Positions 1-11,113 of a stretch of 64,000 bases of DNA are shown here, in pieces. Location of the stretch: contig CP075492.1 of NCBI GenBank assembly GCA_021613535.1, positions 16,306,001-16,370,000 on the forward strand, read 5' to 3'. Every line of letters begins with the position of its first letter. The first letter of the stretch is position 1. This stretch comes from Adineta vaga (Eukaryota > Animalia > Rotifera). Made by a program: the position numbers and the translations under genes. The notes under the pieces were generated by a model. It saw nothing but the letters and a program-made list of their open reading frames with translations. It was not told the DNA's origin and did not search any database.

Positions 1-19
1 TACTTTATTCATTTTATCG

Positions 20-1165
20 TTGGCATTTCCTGCTTACATTGTGAAAACAATTGTAACAAAACAGCCTACGTATACAATTATTAAACCAAAAGTGACAAAA
101 AGTGTTACACAAACAATTCGTATTGCCCAACCTAGTCTGGCTCTGTATTCACAATTATATTCAACATACCCAGAAACGCTTCAATGTTTATGTAGTCAAT
201 CGTCGATCAATCATAATGCATTTCTTCAAGTGCAAGCTGAATTTCATCCGATCTGTAATAGTAGCTTTATAACTGACGCGTGGATCTATGCTATTTTAGA
301 TACGAGTCCAACAATTCTCCCTAATGATTTTCGAAAAACAGCTTCATATTCATTTCAAGCATTACGTACATTATGTCAACTAAGTCGTCAAACATTTGAA
401 AACAAGTTGATGCAATTTTTATCTGATGAATATGTTAGTACAAGTCTTATTCCTGAACAAGTGTTTCATGTGCTAATGAGTGCACGAATAGATCAATTTA
501 GATCATCAACGATAGATGCCTTTTTATTATCATTCTCAATGATTCGTAATATTGTACAAAGCAACGCCTTATTTTCTAGTTTACAATCAAATGCTATGTT
601 ACATACTCAAAGTAACAATATTTATTCATTTCCAGCATCATATGATAATGGTTGTAGTTGTGCACTTTCAACAAACTGCATAAGTCAATCGTCGATTTAT
701 GATTCATCGGGTGTCATTATGATTCGAATACCAGGATTTTATACCGGTTGTTATGTTATTGATGCATTACTTCAATCGAATCTTCAATGTTTTTATAATA
801 TAACATGTCTAAATCTACTACAGAGTTATATGCCTTCACTAAGTACTTCTTCGATACCCGCCCTATTTGGTTTATCACCGCTAACTAGTTATCCGCAAAC
901 ATCTATCAAAGATATGTTAAGTAACTTAATGATAGAACAATTGCTCACAACATTATTTTATTCTCGATATTATGAACAATGTGCACCATCATTTTGCACA
1001 TATCTTACTCAAACCACGGAAACAGTTGAATCAATTGATTTGTTTGAAAATAAAACTGATATAATATCTATGATTGGTTTAGTTATTGGTATTATTGGTG
1101 GTATTATTGCTATTTTACACTCAATTTTACTAAGCTTAGTCAAACTCATTATTGATAGAAATTAA
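20..1165 (+). CDS. Cys-rich membrane protein of an expanded bdelloid-type family (5' partial)
   Basis: Open frame runs off the window start. CLC/PIC/CSC/GCY/CAPSFC Cys motifs and a C-terminal hydrophobic helix (GLVIGIIGGIIAIL). Confidence 0.7.
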   Translation: MAFPAYIVKTIVTKQPTYTIIKPKVTKSVTQTIRIAQPSLALYSQLYSTYPETLQCLCSQSSINHNAFLQVQAEFHPICNSSFITDAWIYAILDTSPTILPNDFRKTASYSFQALRTLCQLSRQTFENKLMQFLSDEYVSTSLIPEQVFHVLMSARIDQFRSSTIDAFLLSFSMIRNIVQSNALFSSLQSNAMLHTQSNNIYSFPASYDNGCSCALSTNCISQSSIYDSSGVIMIRIPGFYTGCYVIDALLQSNLQCFYNITCLNLLQSYMPSLSTSSIPALFGLSPLTSYPQTSIKDMLSNLMIEQLLTTLFYSRYYEQCAPSFCTYLTQTTETVESIDLFENKTDIISMIGLVIGIIGGIIAILHSILLSLVKLIIDRN

Positions 1166-1332
1166 ACTATTTTTTCAAACTGAATCTTGTCGCTTTTGTC
1201 TTTTGCTTAATGAAAACAGCTTTGCACTACATAAGAATTTCAAAATATTTTAATCTGTCATTTCTAATGCTAAAACTTGTCTAGTTCGTCTTCGTTGTAC
1301 CAATCCAAAGCTAATCTTGAGATGAAGCATTT

Positions 1333-1940
1333 TTAAAATTTGGTCGATGAATGTTGTGTTTCAAAAAAAGAAAATTTCCCATTTGCTTGTAAAACTGACA
1401 TAAATAAATTACCTTGAATTATATTACGTATCGTATCTAATGTTCGTTTAAATGTTCTTAGGGTTGATTTTTGAATTAATTGAAAAGATATCATTTGATT
1501 ACTAATAAATTTTCTTGGATAATATTCAATTAAACTATTATTAATTGTTTCTTTTGTTAATTTACATAATGATGAAAGAATTCGAAATTGTGATGAACTC
1601 ATTGAAAGAAAATTACGTTTATTAACATGTCTTTCATGATATAAAAAGTTAAACCATTGGTGAGTAATAAAATCTGATGAAATGTTGGATGAAGTTGAAC
1701 AAATTGTTTATATTCAATGGAAATTTGATTACATGGACAGTTGATAGTATTTGGATATATCTGTTTATGATGAATTAAACTTGTTAATTGAATAGTTACA
1801 TTTTCAGATTTCTTATATAATGATTTATATAAAATAATGATAAGTAAAATAGTTATTACGACGATTATATATAATCGCGTACTGATAATCTGTCGACGAA
1901 TTTTTTCTCGATTAGTTGATTTATTTCGAAAGAGATTCAT
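1333..1940 (-). pseudogene. Frameshifted, truncated paralogue of the 20..1165 family
   Basis: ISTRLY-TM-CPC..ISIEY..F..LHPTFHQ in one frame, QFRILSSLCKL..IRNIIQGN in another. These match the neighbouring gene's motifs, then the sequence breaks off. Confidence 0.7.
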
Positions 1941-2018
1941 ATGCAGTAATTTTGTTTTTACTGATCGAAAAAATTGATTTGATGTTGAAACAACTAGACT
2001 AAAATGAATGATTCTTTA

Positions 2019-2075
2019 TTAGGGAAGGACCGACTGAGATGTAACACACCCTTTCGGGAAAAAGTTATCATTTGC
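2019..2075 (+). mobile_element. Remnant of a Tc4/Tc5-like terminal sequence
   Basis: TTAGGGAAGGACC resembles the CAAGGGAAGGTCC terminus read inward from 44215. Confidence 0.35.
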
Positions 2076-3142
2076 GACCACTCGACCGAAAAGGTCAAGT
2101 AAAGTTTTGTGCTGTACGATCTCGATAAAACTGAGTTTATTTGCGTCTTCTCTCTTTCATAATCATATACCACTATTTCATATACGAAATAGGTTTAGTT
2201 TCTCGACATAAATCCACAAAAGTATTTTAAAAAACTATTTTGTTAGTTAGAAGATGACGGTGATACCGATGGTCACTGTCACTGTTACATGCCTAAACGC
2301 AATAAAGCTCAACACAACAAAACACATTTTAATTTGAACTCGAACTAGGGACATCACTTTTTTTGACAGGTGAAGTTGTCAATCTAGTTGTATTCCTCTG
2401 CTCTTGACACTAATAAAGATAATATGATAATGTTCTTGCATAGGTAATGATGTTAACCGGCAGAATTTTATGAAAAAAATTCTATATACTAAGTGCTTAA
2501 GGCAAATCTATTTGTTTTCTTCTGTTCAAATTTTATGTTAAAAAAGATTAATAATTTCACAGTGAAAACGAATATTTGAGACAAATGCACTCATTTCTCA
2601 TCGATTTCGTCCTATTATTACTTTAGCTTCGAAGCAATATCTATTCTCAGACTAAATATGTTCATTTATAATTTATATTTTCATGTATTATATTAATTTT
2701 TAAAAATCTTACGCATATAAGGAAATGTTCATAACACTAGAGAGTACTGATAAACATGTCTATTGTCATCAAAATCTCGTCATTTTTCATAACATAGGTA
2801 TTTTTTGCTCTATTAAACATTTATGTGATCAGTTATTACAGAAAGAAATCTTTCTTTATGATTTATTTTATTTTTATTTTGTAAACATAAGAATTGCAGG
2901 AACATTTTATTAAGAAAAAGTGGATTAACCTCATTGCATTCCCATTGGCTTTTCATATATATCTGTCTGAAAGAATCTTTCAGCATGTTAATATCCTGTC
3001 AACAAGGGTAATCTTTCTTGTTTCAAGATACTGAAGATTTCTGACTTTTTACTTAAGAACGATTAAAAAAGGACACTATAGTGTTGTCAGAAGTGGCATA
3101 AACGACTTGCAATGGTATATTAAACACACGGTTACAACTTCA

Positions 3143-4126
3143 ATGGCCAGTTCAATTGTAGAACTATTTTCACAAATGACAAAAGTAATCTTACCTATGA
3201 TTATTGTCTGTAGTGTAGTCGGCAATTCATTCAACATTGCTGTGCTAACCCGAAACACTTTGTTTAAGTATCCATGTTCTTATTATCTTCTCGCCTGTTC
3301 CATTGACAATATATTCTATATGGGTTTCATTGTGTTGTATCAATTTTGGATTCAAATTTATATAGTTGATCTTACTAAAAATTCTATTGTTTTGTGTAAA
3401 CTTCTCAATTTCATCAGTACATTAAGTTCAACTATGTCTCCATATTTTATTGTACTAGCTTCAATCGATCGATATTTTAATAGTTCAAATATCGCCTGGA
3501 AAAGAAGGCTCAGTACTTTACGCGTAGCTCGATGGATGATAGGCTTTGTCAGTGCATTCAGTTTGTTATTGGTCTTGAATATTCTGGCATTAAATACTAT
3601 CTACAAACATGAAACACTGGGATGTATACTTTTACCTACTTCAATATACAATTTGGTGTCTACCATAATGATTAGTGTTAGTTATTCACTTGTTGCACCT
3701 TGTTTGATGGTAATTTTTGGTATTCTTATTATTTGGAATGTAAACCAAGCTCGTGTTATTCCTATCGCAGTTTCGCAGTATCGTCGCAATGGAATGCAAT
3801 TGGCTCGGATGCTTATATTGCAAATTGTCGCATACATTATTTGCAATTCAATTGGAAGTGTTCTTTATGTAATGTCATTTATCCTACCAGCGATAGTAAC
3901 CACCTTCGAGTATCAAATAGCAACAAAAATCAGTTATCTTATGTACTATATTTCTTTTGCCACGCCATTTTTCTTACACATTCTTTCGGCTCAAGTGTAT
4001 AGGAAGGAGTTCATCAAGCTTATGCGTAAAGCATTTCGACGTGGTGATATAATTCAAGTTCAGCACATAACAGTTCAACGGACTATTCCTATGCTTGATC
4101 AAGTAGTTACAATACCAGGGGAATAA
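3143..4126 (+). CDS. Rhodopsin-like (class A) GPCR, intronless
   Basis: Seven hydrophobic segments; GN in TM1, LA..D in TM2, C..ASIDRY at TM3, PFFLH..S..YR at TM7. ATG 3143 chosen by comparison with copy 2. Confidence 0.9.
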   Translation: MASSIVELFSQMTKVILPMIIVCSVVGNSFNIAVLTRNTLFKYPCSYYLLACSIDNIFYMGFIVLYQFWIQIYIVDLTKNSIVLCKLLNFISTLSSTMSPYFIVLASIDRYFNSSNIAWKRRLSTLRVARWMIGFVSAFSLLLVLNILALNTIYKHETLGCILLPTSIYNLVSTIMISVSYSLVAPCLMVIFGILIIWNVNQARVIPIAVSQYRRNGMQLARMLILQIVAYIICNSIGSVLYVMSFILPAIVTTFEYQIATKISYLMYYISFATPFFLHILSAQVYRKEFIKLMRKAFRRGDIIQVQHITVQRTIPMLDQVVTIPGE

Positions 4127-4212
4127 AGAACAATTGCTTGCAACTTTTTTTTCATCATAAGTGGAGTTTCATCTGTTAGCGTCAACGGTTATTACTTTAT
4201 GACGCTATCTTG

Positions 4213-4248
4213 CACACACGCACATATATATATATATATGTGTGTGTG
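4213..4248. repeat. Compound (CA)n(TA)n(TG)n microsatellite
   Basis: cacacacgcacatatata...tatgtgtgtgtg; the TA run is shorter in copy 2. Confidence 0.85.
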
Positions 4249-4475
4249 TTTCCTTCTTTCTCTACATTCCTTCCTGTGAAATGTAGTCTTCTCTTGATCA
4301 TCATATCCTCATGATGATCTTCTTTTGTTGTGTCTTTTTTCCTCGTGCAATTATTTTCATTCCAGTTGTCTGTTTCTGATTTTGTCCTTGTTTACCGTCA
4401 ATAAATGTAGTCGACATCATTATTTATTTCTCACACTTTATTATTGTGAGAGGGTATGATTGTACGTGAGGCTAT

Positions 4476-5697
4476 CCCAGGTGCTTCAATCCGACCGGTG
4501 GATCAGACGGGAAACGATCGAAACCGACATCGACTTGTGTCGGAATTCATTGGAAACCTATGAAAATCCGACCACCATTCCCCAGTTCCTGTCGAACGCA
4601 TTAATATATCACCCTGGCTTTCGAATATTACACCGGATTCTAGTCCAACGACACTGTATTCCGTTTACAATTACACTGGATTTCATCTCGATTACCCCGA
4701 AATCCACCCCGATTACCATGGATTACGCTAAACAACACCTAGTTTTGTATCGACGGCTAATGTAAGCTGAATAAAATATCAATCGCCGTAATTCGATGAT
4801 TATTCTTGAATTATAACAATGAAAAGTTCATACCTCTATATTCACGGGTCGCTGAGATTCGGATGATGACCTTGCGGATAGATGATAGATGTTTTCTAGA
4901 AAGAATGGTAGTCAATTAAAATGATTGTTTTTTCTAAATGGTTTCTTCGTTAAAAGTGGGATTTGGTGAAATTGACTTTTTATAGGAATTTATTTTGAAA
5001 CATGCTTCTAAAAGTTTTCACGACGGTTGCTCGGAAAGATCAGATATGGGATGCTGGATGTGTTTTATTGACAGATGTAATATTGTGTGGTAGGGTTAGC
5101 GAGCTGAAAATAAAGGTGTTTTCAAAATTATTACATATATGGTATGATGGTAACGTGAATTGTAGTTGAATGCATTTCATGATGAAAGTATGAAGCAATA
5201 TTTATATTTCAGATTAGTATAATTTGATAAAATTTTTATTCAAGTCGATACAAATAATTATTTTCTTTGTTTATTAAACAATTCTTTTTTGTTAAGGTAG
5301 GCTTCATTTATTTGCACGTTTTTCTTAGAGTCTGTATTATTAATATATTCGACGGCCTTTGTATCGGTGAAGCTTTGATTTTTCTGCATGGTACTTAATT
5401 TTTAGTTTTACAAATTTTGTAATTTTTTTCAGTAGTTTGTAATGGTATTTATTGTTACAGTGAAAATTTTTTGTTAAAATTTCTAATTTTTCGATATTGA
5501 AAAATAGTTTTTTTTATGCAATAAGGAATTTATTTTGAAAATAAAAGATAAATAATATTAATAAAGTGAATAAAAACTAGTTATAGCAACCTGTAGAAAC
5601 TCAAAGGTTCCTGTCGGTTCCTGAAGGAAATCATTGGGTTTAGTCAGGTTTCTGATAGGTTCCGACGAGATCCGGAACCCGGATTACTCATCCTGGG
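4476..5697. mobile_element. Non-autonomous DNA transposon (CCCAGG termini), superfamily unassigned
   Basis: Left CCCAGGTGCTTCAATCCG and right CGGATTACTCATCCTGGG form an imperfect TIR. GC-richer subterminal ccga/ggaa repeats. Also present at ~47750-48973. Confidence 0.65.
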
Positions 5698-5719
5698 TAA
5701 GTATGTTTTTATCGATTAT

Positions 5720-6120
5720 TAATGAAAGTTTTCGTCAAGCAAAAGAAACGAAAATTCAAGATGAACATATTTTCTCATTTATGTACAAGAAATTTACAAG
5801 ATGGACAGGTGAAAGTTTATGCATTGGAATTTTAATTATTATAATTTGTTTATTTTAGGTTTAAAAACTTTAAATAAAATAGAAATTCAAGAAGAAAAAG
5901 ATTCTCGAATGCGTTCACAATGTTTTCATCCAATTGAAAATTTTCCTGATAAAAATGATCAACTATTAGAAGGAATTGATAAAGTATACTGATTATATAT
6001 TATCTCTTTTCTTTTCAAATCGTTTTTTCTCTTCTAGATTTATGTCAATCAAAAAATGGAATTATTAAAATTGAAAAAAGTTGGAATTCAATTCTTTTCG
6101 TTCACGAATCATCATCATAA
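5720..6120 (+). pseudogene. Spliced 3' fragment of an unidentified gene
   Basis: Two ~50-nt GT-AG introns link ...KKFTRWTG/LKTLNKIEIQEEKDSRMRSQCFHPIENFPDK.../IYVNQKMELL. No 5' part is found; it abuts the MITE. Confidence 0.4.
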
Positions 6121-6187
6121 ACTATATATACTTATATATTTAAGGGTGTGTGTGTGTGTGTGCGTTTCAAGTGCGACAGTTTTATTT

Positions 6188-7011
6188 GGCTACAAATTAA
6201 ATGATCAGTATTTTATTATGAATGATCAGTAAAATTTGATCAGTATTAAATGCAAATGATCAGTATTTTATTCGTTTGATCAGTAATTTAATAATTTGAT
6301 CAGTAGCTTATTCATTTGATCAGTAATCTATTCATTTGATCAGTAACTTATTCATCTGACCAGTACTTTATTCACTTGATCAGTATAATAATTAAAATAT
6401 CAGTATAAAATTTGGTTTGTTCAGTAAATAATGGTATTTTTACCAGTATTCGTCTTTCTATAGCATCCCTCGAGTATTACATATATGTTCACCTACTTTC
6501 CAGATATTACATCTGTGAGGGTGAGGGTGTGAGGGTGGGTGTGGGTGAGGGTGCGGGGATGAGGGTGAGGGATGGATGTGTGTGTAGGTGTGGATCAGTG
6601 AAGGCGAGGTTGAGGGTGTCAGTAATTAATTGATACAATAATCTCACTCTTGCCCACACCAACACCTACACATCCTCAAGATCTATGCGAGGATCGAGGG
6701 ATGTTATAGAAAGACGAATACTGGTAAAAATACTATAATTTACTGAACAAAGAAGATTTTATACTGATATCTTAATTATTTTACTGATCAAATGAATAAA
6801 TTACTGATCAAATGATTAAATTGCCGATCGAAAAATATATATCTACTGATCAGAATTAAATAATATACTGATCATATTTTGATATGTTTACTGGTATTTC
6901 GAATAATTTACTGATCAAAAAACATATTTTTACTGATCAAAAAATACTGATCATTTGATGAAAAAAATACTGATCATTCACAATAAAATACTGATCATTT
7001 AAATACAAGCC
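6188..7011. mobile_element. Foldback / Mutator-like non-autonomous element with 9-bp TSD
   Basis: GTTTTATTT duplicated at 6179-6187 and 7012-7020. GGCT...AGCC ends, ~290-bp inverted arms of tandem TGATCAGTA units. Empty site in copy 2 at ~49453-49461. Confidence 0.95.
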
Positions 7012-7014
7012 GTT

Positions 7015-7944
7015 TTATTTTATTTCTTGTGATTTTCGTTGAAAAGTATTACGAATCTTAATAACCGGTCTGACATGGGACGATCGATTGAATAATGCTT
7101 TCAGATAAGGAGAAGTAACGATCTGAATAGTAGTGACTGATACAAGTGCAAAAATAGTCACCATCCATTCGAATGGAACTGTCCACCATGGCATATATTC
7201 TGTCAAAGCATAAACTATAGGAATGAGACCATGTGGTGCAGCTACCGTAGTTACAAATGTTAGAAGAATAACCAGACGTGTCATTATAGGCATATCACGA
7301 CGAATTCTAATCCGTTGATTAACACTAATGACCATGCCACCTCGTTTTCGAATATGATACATTGTCCAAATGTATAGGAATATAGTGGCAATAAAAGGAA
7401 AGAGAAAAGCAACTGAACATATGAATAATGAACCAGAGATATTCGTTGGTGCAAACTGACAAACATAATCATTCTTTAAATATTCAATTTCACCGATAAT
7501 TAGACTTGGAAATACTTGAATAAAAGTTATAAATGTATGAATAATTGATAATAGAATATATAAACGAAAAGATTGAAATTTAATCTTTGTCGGATATACT
7601 ATGCGACTAAATCGATACGTAGCTTGAAGTAAAACTGTATAAAAATACATGCCTGCATTGGAATAAATAAGGTAAGCTTTTATACGACACCACCATCCAT
7701 CAAATGATACTTGAGGATACAAATATCCATATATAGAATAAATACATTTATCCATAAATAGAGGATAACTAATCAAAAGACATATGTATAAATGAGCAAA
7801 AAGTAAGTAATCTATATGTTCGGTTTTGATAATTGATCGACGGAAAATCATCATGAATAGAATAAAAAGCATCATACATTCACCAAGTATTGCACAGAAA
7901 AGACCGAATGAGGAGAAACTAATTTTGACTATTTGTACCAACAT
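7015..7944 (-). CDS. Divergent class A-like 7TM receptor, intronless
   Basis: Seven hydrophobic helices; WC in ECL1/TM3, LQATYRF at the DRY position, Cys in ECL2. First ATG at 7944. Confidence 0.85.
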   Translation of the reverse strand: MLVQIVKISFSSFGLFCAILGECMMLFILFMMIFRRSIIKTEHIDYLLFAHLYICLLISYPLFMDKCIYSIYGYLYPQVSFDGWWCRIKAYLIYSNAGMYFYTVLLQATYRFSRIVYPTKIKFQSFRLYILLSIIHTFITFIQVFPSLIIGEIEYLKNDYVCQFAPTNISGSLFICSVAFLFPFIATIFLYIWTMYHIRKRGGMVISVNQRIRIRRDMPIMTRLVILLTFVTTVAAPHGLIPIVYALTEYMPWWTVPFEWMVTIFALVSVTTIQIVTSPYLKALFNRSSHVRPVIKIRNTFQRKSQEIK

Positions 7945-9239
7945 TTCGTATATTCTAAATGGATAAAGACTCGCAAATACTAGATTCAGCAGAACTTCAG
8001 ACAAGTTCCGATTATGAGATGTGTCTCATTAGTTCTCGTATTGCTTCTTCTAGCAATAAAGATCAAACGTAACTACAAAACAGTTTCATTCTCTAATATT
8101 CAGGTACACTGAAACGTCAATTCAATTATCTCTCGATTAAAATGGCTGTCAAAATTGATAAATACAAACGAGATGGAAATTCTAGTCCTAATGGAGAAAA
8201 AAAGCGTGAAAAGACGAGAAGAATTGTTTTTCTTTTTCTTAATTTTGTTTGAATAAATGATATTCTAATATTCTCCTCTATTTTTGTATTGAAAAATGCC
8301 TTATCGTTTCTGTTTATCTATCGTCATTCGCATTCTATGCTTAGAAAATGAGAGTATATTTTTCAGTAGAAAGAATAAGATTTCATTTCATTAGTATTCA
8401 CAATTGAACTCTTCGACTCGAAACTGTATCTGTTTCTATTCTGCATTTACAATGAACACAAAGAGAACTTCTCGGATAAAATCCTTGAAAGACGAATCTC
8501 AAATAAATGAGTTTTTCTTCATAATTAATATTATAATCTCATTATTAAAATGTGTATATTCAGTAAGTCAACAATGACGGTGGAGTGTAGATGAGGGTTC
8601 AAAGGATACTTACACTCACATTCTCATCAATTATTTTCTAATCGTAGACACACTGAATTTATATGTTAAATATCTGATGAGATCTACAAATCTGTGGAAG
8701 AAACTTATTTCACAGCTTTATTTTCTATGTCTTTATGATTCTATTTATTGATCACATCTTTTTAAACAGTAAAATTACAGTTCCAGGAACTTGCATGAAA
8801 GACGTTTTTCCTCTAAGTACTTCTCTGAACTGTCTCTTGATCTCATGCACACAATCTTTCTCAGTGTCGGCAAACTCAGGATTTGCGTCTTTTTAACGTG
8901 TAACCATGCTGGCTATTGATAATTTCTTCACTTTTACCAAAAAAACTGTTACCATCACTTAGAATTCCATTATGATCCTATTCGTACCGAACGAAATCAG
9001 ATGGAGCTAGATGTCTCTCGAGATACGATTGGATGGTAATTCGAATGGTACTATTATTTTGCGCTCAAGATCGAATAGAATACACTGAACTTCTGCAGCA
9101 TTTGAAGTGGAAGGGTCTGAAAAAGCATCAGAGATGCAAATGAATATATCTTCCAATAAACATCTTGAGGGATGGGTGTAGATGTGGGTGCGGGTGAGTA
9201 TGAATACAAGAGACGTACGTCTCACACTCACACCCTTTA

Positions 9240-9895
9240 TTACCAAAATTGTTTACCATTAGGATACTGACAATCACGGAGACGAACAGTATGAGTATTT
9301 CCATCTTGGAAAGTGAAAACAACTTGTTTGTCAACACTGATGATTTGTCCACCAAAGTTAAAGGCAAAGTAAGAATTACCTCCGTCATGTCGACCACGAT
9401 GATGATCAATAGTTGCATTACGAACAATACGACCATTTGTGTTGAAAAGGCCAACATTTCGATAGTATAGTTCGTGTAGATTACTATCAGGTTTGTAGCA
9501 ACATCGAGGCCCATCATAGCTAAAAAGATTACGCACACTTAAATGAACTAATATTTGAGTTCATAATGACTACATCTAAAGGTATATTTCCACAATCAAT
9601 ACGAAGAATTTGACCACATAATTCAGATCACCATTTTAAATGCTGCAATGATTCATTATCTCCCAAGACAACAGAATGATGAATAGCATAGCTCGATGCT
9701 GGAAGTTCTCAAGCACCTGCTTCATGAGCACCATGATAAGTTGAGTGAAAATTGGAAACGACTGCACCTGTAGAAGTCACATGACATGGCCCAGTTATTT
9801 GCATTCCATGCAATCGAATGTTTTTGACATAGACCAGATACACAATCGATGATCACAATTCCGATCAAAGTCGAAGACCATAACAAATTGAACAT
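9240..9895 (-). pseudogene. Secreted expansin-like (DPBB + CBM63-like) pseudogene with an N-terminal PAN/apple-like stub
   Basis: Signal peptide + WNANNWAMSCDF, then TYHGAHEAGA*ELP...LKW*SELCGQILRIDCGNIPLDVVIMNSN (TGA at 9709-9711 and 9628-9630), then YYRNVGLFN...GNSYF..VVFTFQDG. Confidence 0.55.
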
Positions 9896-11113
9896 TTTAG
9901 AAGTATATTTCACTTTACTGCTTTTGTAAAAATTCTAAAACGAGATTATCGTGATCATTATTTTAAGAAAAGAAATGAGTGAATAAATAATACTTCGTTA
10001 CTACTCTCGAAAATGATCGTTTCTCTTCTGTTATACAATTCCTTATTCTATCCGTGAGGAAGAAGGAATGCTATCTATGAGTAATCGAGACCTATTTCTT
10101 GACGACTGTTTATAGAAATCAAAACGATCATGATGAAATCATATTATTACATGTATCTTACCTGCTATTTTTTCTTTAACTCTTTCTCAGTATATATAGG
10201 ACCACATTTTTGGCCTAGACGAGATTTTTTCCATTCCTACCATGCTAACATCATCTGGGAAATGGGAAGATCCCTTATATTAATGCTTTGTCAGAATTGA
10301 ATAAGTCTCTCCCTTTCGTATGTATCCACAACATCAGACATCTTCTCGCATATTATACATATGTTTTACTCTTCGTTTTCCCATACACTTATGCCAGCCT
10401 ACCACTTAGTGGCAACTATATTATCAATGCTATCGTTGGACTGGGATATTTGCCAAACACTATATGAAGAAGGAAGAAAATACAGCGTAGTTACGATTTC
10501 TTTGAAAGAATAAAAATATATAAATCCTAATTCTCATAGTTCTTTACTGGCCCAGAAATAGCCAATTGAATAGTAGAGACGTCGATACATATAGTAAGTG
10601 ACCATAGTTTCAATATGTAATTGCTCATACAAACATTGTCTTTAAGTTCATGTGTTTAGAATCAGTTATTTGTTATTTTGAAACTTTTACAATCTGGATT
10701 AAAACGTCAAAAGAATTAGATGGTTTTCTACCTCGTATTCATTTACTACTCAATCAAATATGTTTGCATACTTTTACGATGAATCATTGAATCTATATGC
10801 AATTGACATATCCAAATTAGGAAAATCATTGTTTTCATCTTGTTTATTAATTGTTCTATTTTGTTTCACTTTATTAGGAATAACAAAACTAAATTAAATA
10901 CAAATAAGAAAGTTGTAGACAGGGTGCGACTGTGGGTGAATGAAAGATATGAGAACATCCACAACCACACGGTTCTGCTCTATTGTTTAATAATAAAAAT
11001 TGAAAGATCTTATTTTCGTCAAAATAAAAAAGAATCACACACACACACAATGTAAAATGAAAGCTGAATGCGAAAATCTCAATAATTGTTTCAATTATAA
11101 TATAAGTTGAACA

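Larger units (their letters stand above)
2040..8625 (+). repeat. Segmental duplication, copy 1 (paralogous to 45341-51020)
   Basis: Long stretches near-identical to copy 2, with the same two GPCR ORFs, MITE and microsatellites in the same order. Confidence 0.97.

Noticed and set aside
4460-4765. 101-aa ORF conserved in both duplicates (also 2725..2913 and 5634..5858)
   Set aside because: Conservation only reflects the recent duplication. Two of them start at TTG and overlap MITE ends, and none has a recognisable domain.
6200-6410. TGATCAGTA units at ~20-nt spacing as a CRISPR-like or iteron array
   Set aside because: They are the subterminal tandem repeats of the foldback element and are mirrored in its other arm.
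2040-8625. Duplication as an assembly artefact (uncollapsed alleles)
   Set aside because: The copies have distinct structured junctions, a copy-specific insertion and divergent patches. Not fully excluded without long reads.
9628-9711. In-frame TGA codons as selenocysteine or readthrough
   Set aside because: The same locus has frame disruptions and apparently missing segments, so pseudogenisation is simpler. No SECIS was assessed.
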